DNA of 62,760 nucleotides, filler included, from 4 parts of 4 records of this genome joined end to end with filler, not necessarily neighbours in it, one strand, 5' to 3'; positions 13,991 to 25,219 are shown, counted from the whole stretch's first letter. Notes: generated by a model from the sequence alone, not told the origin. Numbers and translations: made by a program.

Positions 13991-15301
13991 TTACTTGAAC
14001 TTTTCTGGAAATGTGGATGCAAACACCTTCACACGGTGTTTGATCACTTTCAGCTTCTCGTGGAGGCCGCGGTAGCGCTCCTGTGCGCTCATTACATCAG
14101 CACCTTTCTCCTTATAAAGAGAGGTAATTTGGGCCTCGATAGTCCGTTTATCGGCGTCAGAGTTTGCACTCTCAAGCCGCTTACCCAGGATTTCAAACGC
14201 ACGGGTGCCTCTTGTGAGTTCGCCATCAGCCTGCAGATACTCCGAGTACAGCCGTTTGAAATCTTCGCAATACTTTTCGTATTCCTTCCAGTTCTTTACC
14301 TGAGGCCATTCCTTCATGGCCCCCTCATTGCCTACAAAGTCACGGCCACCAGGAGCGTGCAAGTCTGTCGGAACAGAGTTTGTTTCCCCAATTCCGTCCA
14401 AGATATCTCCGTTGGGCTTCTTGGCTGATTCGTGGCCCCCGTTCCCCTCATCTTCAACAAAAAGATGCTTGATTTCGGGTGATGTATCATCATCTGCACT
14501 CTTACCATTTGCGCCTTTGTCGAATGGATACTCTCCCCGATTCGCCATCTGGACATGGAGTCGGACTCTCTGTGACTCCTCTTCCGTGAATATATCAACA
14601 TCCGTGACATCAAAATTCTTTAAGTCATCCAACTTAATGTAGTATCGCCCATCTCGCCCAAGCTCCGCGACCATCTCCACCAAGTACAAGATATCTCTCA
14701 TCTGAACGTTGCTTTCCACTTGCTGATACGTCAGGGGCTCCAAGGAAAGCCACCCAATAACTTTGTTAAGTGTAAAGCGCGGAACTTGTTTCTGTTTCTT
14801 TTTCACGTTCCCGTTTGTCTTTGTGGCACTTCCAGCAGTGGAAAGGGTGCCAAAATTCGTCCTTTTCGCGGCATTACCACTGGCGTCTGGATTGAGTGAT
14901 GGAACCCCTGCCCTCTTGGTGCCCCCTAGATTCATTGCTCGATCTGATCCTGAAGAAGCAACAGCGCTGCGGACCTTAGCAAGCTGGGATTGGCTGATGG
15001 TGAAGTCGGGCGCGTACCGCGTACCAACTCTCTTCAAAACCTGGAAGCGCTCACCGTTGTCTTCAACAAGAAATGCAGGTTTCACCCCACGCTCCTGACG
15101 GAAAGCATAAACTTTTTCCGATGAGCCCTCTCCTAGCGCCACGTAGTAAACACCATCTGCGCCCTTTGTTACTGTAAGCTGGTCTGGGCCAACTTTCTGC
15201 AGTTCTTCAATAATGTGCGTAGGCACCTTGAGCAGAGTGGCATTCTTATCAGCGGGCTCAGCTGGAAGCAGCGGACACTCGCGCGCCGAGACAGCTGACA
15301 T
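13991..15301 (-). CDS. ELL/Occludin-domain protein (RNA Pol II elongation factor ELL-like), intronless
   Basis: The C-terminal VKNWKEYEKYCEDFKRLYSEY...QERYRGLHEKLKVIKHRVKVF matches the Occludin_ELL helical domain pattern. Confidence 0.75.
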   Translation of the reverse strand: MSAVSARECPLLPAEPADKNATLLKVPTHIIEELQKVGPDQLTVTKGADGVYYVALGEGSSEKVYAFRQERGVKPAFLVEDNGERFQVLKRVGTRYAPDFTISQSQLAKVRSAVASSGSDRAMNLGGTKRAGVPSLNPDASGNAAKRTNFGTLSTAGSATKTNGNVKKKQKQVPRFTLNKVIGWLSLEPLTYQQVESNVQMRDILYLVEMVAELGRDGRYYIKLDDLKNFDVTDVDIFTEEESQRVRLHVQMANRGEYPFDKGANGKSADDDTSPEIKHLFVEDEGNGGHESAKKPNGDILDGIGETNSVPTDLHAPGGRDFVGNEGAMKEWPQVKNWKEYEKYCEDFKRLYSEYLQADGELTRGTRAFEILGKRLESANSDADKRTIEAQITSLYKEKGADVMSAQERYRGLHEKLKVIKHRVKVFASTFPEKFK

Positions 15302-15311
15302 GCTGTCACGC

Positions 15312-15356
15312 CCCTTGCTGCCCTTGCTGCCCTAACTGCCCTTGCTGTCCTGGCTG
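15312..15356. repeat. Degenerate 9-bp tandem repeat (CCCTTGCTG x5) just upstream of the ELL-like start
   Basis: cccttgctg cccttgctg ccctaactg cccttgctg tcctggctg. Confidence 0.8.
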
Positions 15357-15583
15357 TCGTTACGACTTGCTCTTCCTTCAATACCCACAAGGTGGCGACA
15401 AATTTATCTACAGTACGTGGGTTTTCAATTTGTGTGGGCTCAAGCGTGCTTCCGGCTCGATCCGGCCTCGCGCCCAAAAACCTCCTCGGCGATCCGACTT
15501 GCTGCAGGCCGGCGGTCAGGTCCGCGGGGTCGGCGGCAGCCCTCCCGGACGGGGCCACGCCCCCCCCCCCCCCCCCCCCCCCC

Positions 15584-15683
15584 NNNNNNNNNNNNNNNNN
15601 NNNNNNNNNNNNNNNNNNNNNNNNNNNTTAATTAATTAANNNNNNNNNNNNNNNNNNNNNNNNNNNNNNNNNNNNNNNNNNNN
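15584..15683. other. Artificial contig spacer N44-TTAATTAATTAA-N44
   Basis: The 12-mer gives stop codons in all six frames. It is identical at all three gaps. Confidence 0.98.
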
Positions 15684-16650
15684 CTCGATCTCTTTGAGGC
15701 GGGTGGTATCAGTTCCACATATCCCAGTACTCCTCGTCTTCACGCACTTTCGCATCAGTGTACCAGAACTTATCGCTCTCAGACCGCACAGAGCTATCGG
15801 TGAACCCAGTCAGCCCCGCATCCCTCGCCCCCACTTGAAAAAAATCTGCGAATTTGTTGGTGCCAAACCCCGGACTATATAAATTCGCACAGAGGCGCCG
15901 CGGCGCCGGCCCCCGCCCAGGCAGCCCGGTTGCGGACCGGCGCCGCTGGGTCCGGCTTCGCCCGGCGCCGGCCGCAGTCGGTTTGGTGGGTCACCGCTCA
16001 GAAGCGGAGCCGGGAGTTCGGGTAGTATTCTTTGAACATTATCCCCAAATGGGATAGAATATATAATCGAGGAGGGCCGGAGGATCAAATCTCAGGGAGA
16101 AATTCGTTCTTCGGTTGGGAAGCTACGGCGCAAGCAACCCTGGTGTAATAGGCCCTTAGAGGTTTGGAGATTGCACCCCCGGCCCTGCAGGGGACGATGA
16201 CCCGGACGCACACGGTTCCGGCGTCAGCACGGATGTGATTCGGCTGCCGATTTAGGCGGTGGTGATGACTGCCGGCACCCTGACCCGACATGTCTCACAG
16301 CCATGCGGGTTTAGCCGGTCCGGCCGAGTGACGCTCCAGGAAAGCCAGTCATCTCATCCAGCAGCTGGGCGCAGCCGAGGCGGATGGTGGTCGGGATGCC
16401 CATCGGGCGCGAGATCACCCTAGTTTCACTACTGATAGGTCTTGACATTATTGTGGAAGGCGTTTTCGCGGCAAAGATGAAGCCGGGCAACCTTTTCACG
16501 TCACGTCGCGGACCCTCCGCAAGGTGACACCAAGAACTTCTTTGAGAGCCAGCGTGGCCTCCAAGCTTCGAGAGTGCTCGATTCTCACGTAAGGAATCAA
16601 GTTTAAGTAGGAGTTCACCACCAGGTTAGCTTCTGGAGCACAACAGCGGT

Positions 16651-19600
16651 ATGGAGCGTGGCTCCAATAGGCCGGATTACATTCAACTGATTCGGTGCGC
16701 GCGGAGCGGAGACGCCCAGAGGTTGAAGAAAGTTTTGGAACATGTTGGAGTGGAAGAGATAAATAGGGTGCCGCCCCCCGAGTCTGCAGAGGCATATAAC
16801 GTGGACTTGCCGGCACTTCACTCTGCGGTAAGGGCCGGCCACGTGAAAACTGTGGAGGCTTTGGTGGAAGCTGGGGCAGACATCAATCTCCACGATAGCA
16901 GTGAGTGGACACCTCTCATGCACGTTGTCAGTGGTGTCGCAGTAGATAGTGGTGATGGCGAAGACGCAAGTTTGAAGGAGAGCGACTGGATGGAAATTTT
17001 AGAGTTGATGATGTTCCTGAAAGCTGACCTTTCCGTGCCTCCACTTCAAAGGTCCCTGTTGCACTTGTGTGCTGGTAACGCGTTGGGCGCGCATTATGTC
17101 GAACTGCTTGTAAAGGCTGGTTTAGACATCAATGGCACAGGCACCTCGCGTCGTCATGGCATGTGCCCACTTCATGTTGCTGCGACATCGGCTCATGTCG
17201 GGGTGAAGCGAGTCGTTGATAGTCTCGTTAAGCATGGTGCTGATGTGGACATGAGAGGACCCAAGGGAAGGACGCCGCTATTTATGGCTGTAGAAACGGG
17301 GATGGAAGAGACAGTAGAAGCATTGTTGCAGAACGGAGCAGACCCAAATGTTTGCAATCACCGCGGTGTTCCGTCCATCTTCGCAGCCGTGAATAATGGA
17401 AATGCGCATCTTATCAAGAGTTTGGTAGCTGCAGGCGCAAACGTAAACTTTGCCAACCGTGACGGCCAGACCCCGCTCCACCTGGCAGTCAATGCCGAGG
17501 ACGTGGACTGCGTAGTTGCTTTGGCTGATGCGAAGGCCGACCTCTCGATATCCGATAAGCAAGGGCGCTTTCCTTTGTACACTGCCGCCGCCGAGGACTA
17601 CGTTGATGTAGTGAATTGCTTGGTGGCTGCAGGCGCAGACAAGAACCAGGTTGGTAACATGGGTGACTACGGATCTTGGGGTCCCCTCACTGCAGCAGCT
17701 CGAGAGTCGTGCTTGGATAGTGTAAGGTCTCTGCTGGCATGGGGGGCGGACACAGAAGTGTCTGGCCCCTACTTCATGACACCTCTGCATTTCAGCGTGT
17801 GTGAAGACAATGTTGAAATCACAGAGGCTTTGCTGGAGGCTGGCGCGAACGTCAATCTTGTGATGAAATATGGATATACTCCTCTTCACATGGTGACTGG
17901 TGAAGCGAAGTGTCTTCCTGTTCTGCTTAGGTACAATGCTGACCTTTCTGCCAAGGATAGCTTTGGGAGAACTCCCTTGCTTCATGCTGTCCATTGCCAA
18001 GAGCAGGATACCATTATGGCCTTTGCTCGCCAAGATGCGCACCGCCACCTGAGCATCAACTCGTCCATGTGGAACGCGGCAGTCTACGCGTTGCTTACGG
18101 ACAATGCTGCCTCGGTCAATGCTTTGATTACATTCGAGAAGCCGAGCCCGGATTGGGTTTTTGAGTGGAATCCCCAGAAATGCAGAGACGTTCTTGAGAA
18201 TGAAGGCGTTGATGTGGAGCTGAGGTACACTCATGGCGAAACCTTGCTCTTCCATGCCATTCGTGGGCCAGTGGTGTCGCTTGTCGAGGCCTTAATTTTG
18301 ATGGGAGCCAATGTGAATGTGTCAAATGATGATGGCCACACACCTTTGGATGTGGCAAAAGCTGTCCGCGAAGAAAGCGTTGTTGAAAAGCTTGTTGAGG
18401 CTGGGGCCGTGTGCTCTGATATTACTGGCTGTGAGCGGTACAGTACATCAAGCCCTGGGGGGAGTGATGTTGGAAGCCTCTCATCTTCGAGTCAATCTGG
18501 CGGCAGTGAAGGTGAACATCCTCGCTTTTTGTCGCCTCGTGCTTTGTTCCTTCAAGACGAACAAAGCAGTGAGTGCATTGGAGGACCAGAAGGGCCCCCG
18601 GCTTGTCAAGGCAGTCTGCGGGATTTGGCTGCATACGGGTGTACAAATCGCAATGAAGCCATTGAGTTGGACAAGTGGGTGTCTCAGCTGGGTATAACCA
18701 AGTGTGAACGACTTGCCAGAAGGCAGGCCCGAGCTCGCATCAAGACCTGTATTAAGGAGAAGAATACAGAGCTCGATGTATCTGAGCTACTGCTGACAAA
18801 CCCACCGCCGTTGATGTCTTCTCTGTTTGATCTTCAAAAGCTGAGAATTGGTGGAAATCTGATGACCGGCATGCCACGTGAGATAGCGTTCATGACACAC
18901 TTACGCGAGCTGGACCTGCTAGACAGCTTCTTGCTAGATTTACCACCTGAAATTGGCAATTTACACGAGCTGGAGGTGTTGCGCCTACGATGGGGAAATG
19001 ATTCGATAATGTATCCTACGTACCTTCCCAAGGAACTCGGAAGTCTGACTAAGTTAAGAACTCTTGATCTCACTGGTGTAGAGTTTGACATCAGTGATGA
19101 ATCTTTCTTCAAGTGGCCCCGCCTGACCAAGTTACACCTGAGGCACGCCAATTTGAAGGAGCTTCCTCGTAGTCTTCCGTCGATGCAATCATTGGAGGTG
19201 CTGGATGTGTCTTGGAATTCTTTGGTGTCTGTCGATACTAAGTTACTCCTTGCGCTGCCGAAACTTCGTGAATTTTCTGTGAAGCACAATCCTCTTGACG
19301 AAGATCAGTTGAGTGACTTAACGGATGCTCTATCCAACACTAAGATAGAATTGATTTCGTCGGTTGATGAATCAGACGAGGAGAGCGGAGAAGATTCAGT
19401 TGCAAGTGTCGCAGAAGACAGCGATGAAGAGTCTGAGCTGGACTGGGAGGATTCCGGACCCAAGCTAATGTCAGAAGCGTTGAAACTCTTTTACGAGAGC
19501 GCAATCGATACTTCTTCGGATGCCGAGGATGGGCTGGAGCTACGACCACACGTCCCCAAACCATTCTGGGACAGCATGGAATACTCGCCACTCGCAGAAT

Positions 19601-20379
19601 TCATAAGCAAGCTTGGGGACATGCACGACTTCAATGAACCAAGACTTCGCAAGAAGGTTTATGAGCGCATGACGCACTTGATTCGTTTAATGGAAGACAG
19701 TCCTACGTTTAGGGATTCATGCAACGAAATCGCTCGTGTGTCAGTGCATTCCTGCGGCGATCGAGTCGCCGTTGGCTATGTGCAAATGCAAGTGCAGTCT
19801 ATGCACATTAATCCCAATCCCAAGCTGAAGCACCTTCATTCATTGGGAAAATCAATGGTAATTTTGGACAAAGTAATCTCTTTCGCGGCGGAGAAGGTGA
19901 ATTCTCTTCGAAGAAGCAATATTGATGCTATTGAGGCTTATTTGGCTTGTATCAAGCATCTGAACAAGCACATCAATGTGGAGATCCATGACATGTGTTA
20001 TGAAACCTTTTCGAATGTCACGCCAGAGGATAAGGCTTCTCTCACCGAGCTTGCTGAGAATATATCTGATGACGAGATCTTTGAATGGCTGGCAAACTAC
20101 CCTCCGGTTGCGTCAAAGTATCGGGTAGCATTTGACGAAATCCAATTGAAGCCACAGTATCAAATATACGAGAAACGGGAATGGGAATCCGAGTTTGAAT
20201 ACATCTCCAGAGGAAAGCAATTGCGGAAGTCTATGGACATGGAGAAGGCCCAGTTTTTGAAACAGCAATGGGGGCGTGAGGGAAATAGTCGTATCGTGCG
20301 TACTTGCGGTTTGCGCAGCCAAAATGCACCCCGGATTCACATGCCTCGTCTGAAACGGAAGTCTGCTTTAGGAGAATGA
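16651..20379 (+). CDS. Ankyrin-repeat + LRR + NEL (IpaH/SspH/SlrP-type novel E3 ubiquitin ligase) fusion protein
   Basis: More than a dozen ankyrin repeats (~16690-18410) are followed by an IpaH-like helical cap (ELDKWVSQ...RRQARARIKTCIKEKNTELDVSELLLT), LRRs (~18765-19340) and an acidic linker. NEL motifs follow: AEFISKL, SCGDRVAVG (Cys codon 19753-19755), LHSLGKSM..LDKV...A.EKV, DAIEAYLA, DMCYETFSNVTPED, FEWLANY. Confidence 0.88.
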   Translation: MERGSNRPDYIQLIRCARSGDAQRLKKVLEHVGVEEINRVPPPESAEAYNVDLPALHSAVRAGHVKTVEALVEAGADINLHDSSEWTPLMHVVSGVAVDSGDGEDASLKESDWMEILELMMFLKADLSVPPLQRSLLHLCAGNALGAHYVELLVKAGLDINGTGTSRRHGMCPLHVAATSAHVGVKRVVDSLVKHGADVDMRGPKGRTPLFMAVETGMEETVEALLQNGADPNVCNHRGVPSIFAAVNNGNAHLIKSLVAAGANVNFANRDGQTPLHLAVNAEDVDCVVALADAKADLSISDKQGRFPLYTAAAEDYVDVVNCLVAAGADKNQVGNMGDYGSWGPLTAAARESCLDSVRSLLAWGADTEVSGPYFMTPLHFSVCEDNVEITEALLEAGANVNLVMKYGYTPLHMVTGEAKCLPVLLRYNADLSAKDSFGRTPLLHAVHCQEQDTIMAFARQDAHRHLSINSSMWNAAVYALLTDNAASVNALITFEKPSPDWVFEWNPQKCRDVLENEGVDVELRYTHGETLLFHAIRGPVVSLVEALILMGANVNVSNDDGHTPLDVAKAVREESVVEKLVEAGAVCSDITGCERYSTSSPGGSDVGSLSSSSQSGGSEGEHPRFLSPRALFLQDEQSSECIGGPEGPPACQGSLRDLAAYGCTNRNEAIELDKWVSQLGITKCERLARRQARARIKTCIKEKNTELDVSELLLTNPPPLMSSLFDLQKLRIGGNLMTGMPREIAFMTHLRELDLLDSFLLDLPPEIGNLHELEVLRLRWGNDSIMYPTYLPKELGSLTKLRTLDLTGVEFDISDESFFKWPRLTKLHLRHANLKELPRSLPSMQSLEVLDVSWNSLVSVDTKLLLALPKLREFSVKHNPLDEDQLSDLTDALSNTKIELISSVDESDEESGEDSVASVAEDSDEESELDWEDSGPKLMSEALKLFYESAIDTSSDAEDGLELRPHVPKPFWDSMEYSPLAEFISKLGDMHDFNEPRLRKKVYERMTHLIRLMEDSPTFRDSCNEIARVSVHSCGDRVAVGYVQMQVQSMHINPNPKLKHLHSLGKSMVILDKVISFAAEKVNSLRRSNIDAIEAYLACIKHLNKHINVEIHDMCYETFSNVTPEDKASLTELAENISDDEIFEWLANYPPVASKYRVAFDEIQLKPQYQIYEKREWESEFEYISRGKQLRKSMDMEKAQFLKQQWGREGNSRIVRTCGLRSQNAPRIHMPRLKRKSALGE

Positions 20380-20384
20380 TGTTC

Positions 20385-22968
20385 TCAGGCGACTGCGAGA
20401 ATGGCGGAAACGATCGATCCGATGATTAATGTTAGCACTAGTAGTATGACTACACATGCAATACAAGCGCATATGGAGCACGCAATGCAGGCCCACATAA
20501 TGACTCGGGTATAGCTCTGAACGGGATATGCAGGTGCTCTCACCATTTTGTTGGTGCCGCAAACCTGTGTATGTTGTACCATAAATTCATATTCTAAGAG
20601 ATATTACGAGGTTACTATCAAGTTGACTTACCCAGAAAGTTCGGTTGCGGCCCTTCCATTTGTAATCGAATTTTACCAATGGAACTGCTCGTACCGACAG
20701 TCGTTGCCTAATGTGCCTAACCTTGAACTCGGTTTCGAAAGCAGATACCACATCTCCACTGTCCCGTACCATCCCGTTTACCAAGGCACAACATTTATGA
20801 TTCACGCGCTTGTCTGGTATTGAATATAAATGGTGAGGACTCTTGGGCTGAAGGCGCCGTCACACATACCTGAAAGGGGAATCACGTAATTTTCCTCCAA
20901 CCAGCACAGAGTACCATTGCCACATCTTGCAACAGCCTTCTTGAACTTGTTTGGTGCATGTTCCGCTTCGTACGTGTCTGCATCCTGGCAAAGTGTACAG
21001 ATGTATTAATCACTATACTCCTAATACTCTTATCACAAGCACACCTTCACACGCTTCTTGGACTGTGGTACCACCTCGTCGGGAGCAACCAACTCTGGCA
21101 GAGCAACGGTGGTCCCTGCAATCGGATTAAACCCACGGGATATCACGTTCTTGTACTCGATTAGGAGCTCTACATAATGCCTCAGACGACCGTGCCCTTG
21201 ACAGGGCAAGCAAGTTATCTTGTCGTCGCCGTTGCATGTTGGACACAAAAGCTCGCCCGCACCCTTGCAGGTTGGGCACCTGCCGCTATTCTCGAAGAGT
21301 TTCCCTCGGCCCTCACACAAGGGGCATTCCACCTTCTTCTCTTCGTCACACTTGCGGCAAACAGCAGAGCCCAGCCCCTTACACTCGAAACATGTCTTGA
21401 CGAAATCAGTTCGTGGCACTTTGATGCCATGACGCCCATTTTTGAATAATTCCGGATCCTCCTTCAGCTCTACCTGCCACATGCTGGGCGGCGGGCCATT
21501 GGAACTATCATCCACATCCTCACCCATCTCGTAGGGCACAAACACCTGCAGGAAGAGTCAAAAAGTGCCACTTTCGACGTCTAACGCCCCTACATCACGA
21601 AACTGACGAAGTTCCACAAAGGTCTCTAGAACAGCTTCAAACACGATATCGTGGTTTAAAGAGACGAGTTTAACCTTATGCCCCATCTGTAAACCAAAGT
21701 AAGAATTATGATTGCACGATAATTGCAGGTGGGCCAATCGCAAGTACCTCACTGTTGGAGATTGCGCGGCTGTGCAGGAAGTTGTCAAATGCCACTCGGG
21801 CTTCTTCCTCATCAACATCAAGAAGTGTTTTGCTTGCATCGTCGACACCAATAGACACGGTCTCGTGATAGACTTTCTTTTTCTTGGCCCGCCTCCTCCC
21901 CGCCCAGCCGACTCGTTCGGCGCAGTCAAGGTTTGTATTAATAGCGCACATGGGTTCCTTCACACCAAAAGCAGGGGGGCCCGGCAGTGGGAATCCCCGA
22001 TATATGGTACCTGCATTCAGAGCGACAGGGGCATGCGACTCCACCTTCACCTCAGCCTCGACTGGCTCCGGCTCCGGTTCAGGCTCTGGAGGCGGTGTTG
22101 GGGGCTTGCCTCCTGCTCCGAAAGGAACATAGTTTGGGTCATCCTCAGGATTGGGTTCCTCCTCGGGGATGACTGGATCTTCCTCAGGAAGAACTGGTGC
22201 AACCTTCGCGGATGCCTCTGCTTCCTCCTGTCTAGTGGCCTTTTTGCTTTTCTTTCTCCGGAAGACGTCCCGTTCCCCAGGTTCTAGGTTCGGAATATTG
22301 ATGGGCTCGCCACCTTCAAGCTCTATCAAGTCTGACCCCCCTGCTTCTATGTCATAACCTTTGTTTTGCCTCTGGAAGAACAGTGAAAACTCCTTCGGGA
22401 TACTCTGATGATACGTAAACGGCATGTCCACATCCTGATCTTCTAATTCTTCAGGGAAAGGATATTCAAGCGGGTTGATCGACTCCTTTGTGAAAGGCCC
22501 GGCGTCAGGAAGCAGTTCTATGTACGTAAGGTACGAGATCTTTTGTGTGAGGTCTACAGAATCATCACCTTCACTGCTATCTTCGCTCTCGTCGCCCTCA
22601 GTCTTCTTTTTGCTAAGCTTCTTCTTAAGCTTGGCCTTCCGCTTCTTTTTAGCCTCCTTTTCTAATTTCAATCTCTCCTTCTTCTCCTCTTTCGTTTCCT
22701 TGCGCATTTCTTTTCGAACCTCCGGAGCAGGCGTATAGAAGTGAGGGCCGCCTTCATCGATGGCACCACCGCTTTCGATATCCTGCGCGGGTTCACTTCC
22801 TTCAACTTGGATACTCTCTCTGTGCTGTGGTGGTTCCAGCCGCACCTCACCAGGGAGTCGGGCCACCGGCTGTTCTTCAGGTGGAGGGGGTATTACGACT
22901 GAAGTGCTTTCCTTAATCTTCTGCTTCCCTTTCCACCTGGGGTGGTCCGGAGGAACAGATTCGGGCAT
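20385..22968 (-). CDS. SSUH2-like protein with DnaJ-type CxxCxGxG zinc finger, P/E-rich N-terminus and C-terminal hydrophobic tail
   Basis: Motifs include VPYEMGEDVDDSSNGPPPSMWQV, KVPRTDFVKTCFECKGLG, repeated CxxCxGxG, and RQRLSVRAVPL..FDYKWKGRNRTFW-VCGTNKMVRAPAYP. Several short introns. The start is uncertain. Confidence 0.82.
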
Positions 22969-24188
22969 TAGAGAACAGCTACTGACCTGGCTGGGAACAC
23001 TTTTCACCTCTTACTTTTCACCTCTCCGGACTCTTATGTCTAGAAACCATGGTTGTCTCCGAGCAGCTGGAACACGACAACAGCGTGCGGACGGGCCTTC
23101 AGCCGGCAGGCCAACCGACCGAGATGCGTAGTCATCGTCATCACCGGCTGGTGATGACACTCCTGTTGCGCCAACATCGGGGGAGCCGGCCCTGCCAGGC
23201 TGGCTGCCGCGATCCCTGTCGTCGGTGTGTGGAGACGGCTGGGCGCGGCCCGGGCCCGGCGGTCGGCGGTCGCGTTCGATCGTGTGCCCCGCGAACAGGA
23301 GCCGGCAGTGCGGGCGGCTGGACTGCATGCAGCGCGGGCGTTGGCAGTGGCGGGCTCACCCGGGCCCCTCGCCGGCAGGCCGGCCAAGTCAGTGCCGCCC
23401 ACACCGCCGTGAGGCCGCTCCACTGACCCGCCGTCGCTCCTGACGGAGGCGGCGTGCGCATCCGCACAGTAGTCCCGGGCCGCATCACTCATCAGTGTGT
23501 CAAGTGAGTGCGTCTTTGCGTCAACCGTTACGGCGCCGCGTAACTTTGGGGCGACGGGACGGGATTCGAGTTTCCGTTTTGTTGCGGATCAATGATCACT
23601 GACCGGACTCGCGACCGCCGCTCAAGCGCTCCCGGACAGAGCGTTCAGAGTAGCGGAAAAACAGAAAAGCGGACCCGGCGGACGGTCAGTGCTGCCGGGC
23701 CTGCCGGCAGCCGGGGACGCTGATCAGCCGGATGGCCCGGCTGCCGGCCCGGCATCGGCCGGCTGCCAAGGCTCCAAGCCGGTCAGCATCGCGACCGGAC
23801 TGCGGTCATTGTGTGTGGCGGGGACCCGGCCGCGGCACCGGGACGAGGGCGATGAATGGGGCGCACTGACCGCCGCCCCGCCTCGGCCCCGCACTCCGAG
23901 CCGGCCCGGCCCGCCGGCGTCAGTCACTCATCCCGATCGACCTTCGGCCAAGTCGGCCCCGCCAACCGTACCGGCCGGTCTTGCGGGCCGCGGGCGCCGG
24001 CGGCCCGGCCCGCCGGCCTGGGGCCCCCGTCGACCAAGCCCACACACGAACCATCGTTGGCTATAGTTCACGCGAGCAACGGGCCGGCCGGACACTCACT
24101 GCCAGCTGAGGAGCCGCTGACGACCGCTACAAACTGATACAATAAATGTCCACAATCGAAAGAGAGATCATTGGTATTGGGCGGCGGC

Positions 24189-25219
24189 ATGGACGGTCCC
24201 GAACAAGAGCGGCTGGATTCTTCAACGACGTTAACATGTCGTGACCGCCTGCGGCACTATCGTTTCTTTGACTGGATTGTGACCATATTTCTGTGCATCT
24301 GCAGTTTTTTGATGCATTTTGTTCCACCGAAACCACACCAAGTTCTTGAGAATGATCCCGCACTTGACTTCGAGTTTAAGGACTCTCAAGTTCCAGACTG
24401 GCTACTAATTTTATTATCGGGTGTGTTTCCTCTTATAGTTGTCCCCATTATATCTTTATTATGGAGATCGGTGAAATATGATGCCATCCACTCCACCTTG
24501 GGTCTGCTCCAGTCATTTGCAATCACACAGTTCTTTGTTGACTTTGTGAAGAAGATGGCCGGCCGTCCAAGGTAGAAGCACGTGCGTTTGAATGTCAGTC
24601 ATATACCCACATCTCTGAATGCAGGCCAAACTTTTATGCCCTTTGCGGAAAGGACTACGTATTTACGCACGAGTGCAGTCAGAGCAAGTACGCCCAAGAG
24701 GCGTTTCAGTCTTTTCCTAGTGGCCATAGCTCGATGAGTTTCTCCACCTTATTCTACTTAACGCTACTGTTGCTGGGGAAGTTTGCACTGCAAAGAAATA
24801 GTGATCGCATATGGCGTTTGGTAGTAGCCTGTATGCCCACCCTCCTGGCAACGTGGATTGCGGTCACAAGAGTTCAAGTAAGTGTTTGCTGGCACGTAAC
24901 TTTGACTTCGCCTAATTTCATTATCAGGATAACTGGCACAACTTTTCAGATATCTTTGCCGGATCTGCGATTGGGGCATTCTTGTAAGATGCTACTTGTA
25001 GTCGCTACCTGAAATTTTGCTAACCCAAGTTCCGGCAGTGCCTTTGCATGTTATTGGATCAACTATGCTTCCATTGTCTCTTCAGAAGCAGGAAATCCTC
25101 TCTATAGTTACAATGTCCAGCAGTACGCATATACACGCAGTATTCAGCGAGAAGGTTCTGATCTTTTCACGCAGACAACTGAACCCACCAGCGCATGGTC
25201 AAGAAGAAGTGCTCCTTAA
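24189..25219 (+). CDS. PAP2-family lipid phosphate phosphatase (PLPP/DPP1-like), multi-exon
   Basis: The three catalytic motifs are KKMAGRPRP, SFPSGHSS and TRVQDNWHNFSD. Multiple TM segments. Confidence 0.92.

Noticed and set aside
15628-15639. Palindromic TTAATTAATTAA repeated three times in the window
   Set aside because: It is always centred in N44 runs, so it is an artificial six-frame-stop linker and not biology. Adjacency across it carries no information.
15709-15830. Short minus-strand reading ...DKFWYTDAKVREDEEYWDMWN* at the start of contig 2
   Set aside because: No convincing start or upstream exon. Too short to support a gene.
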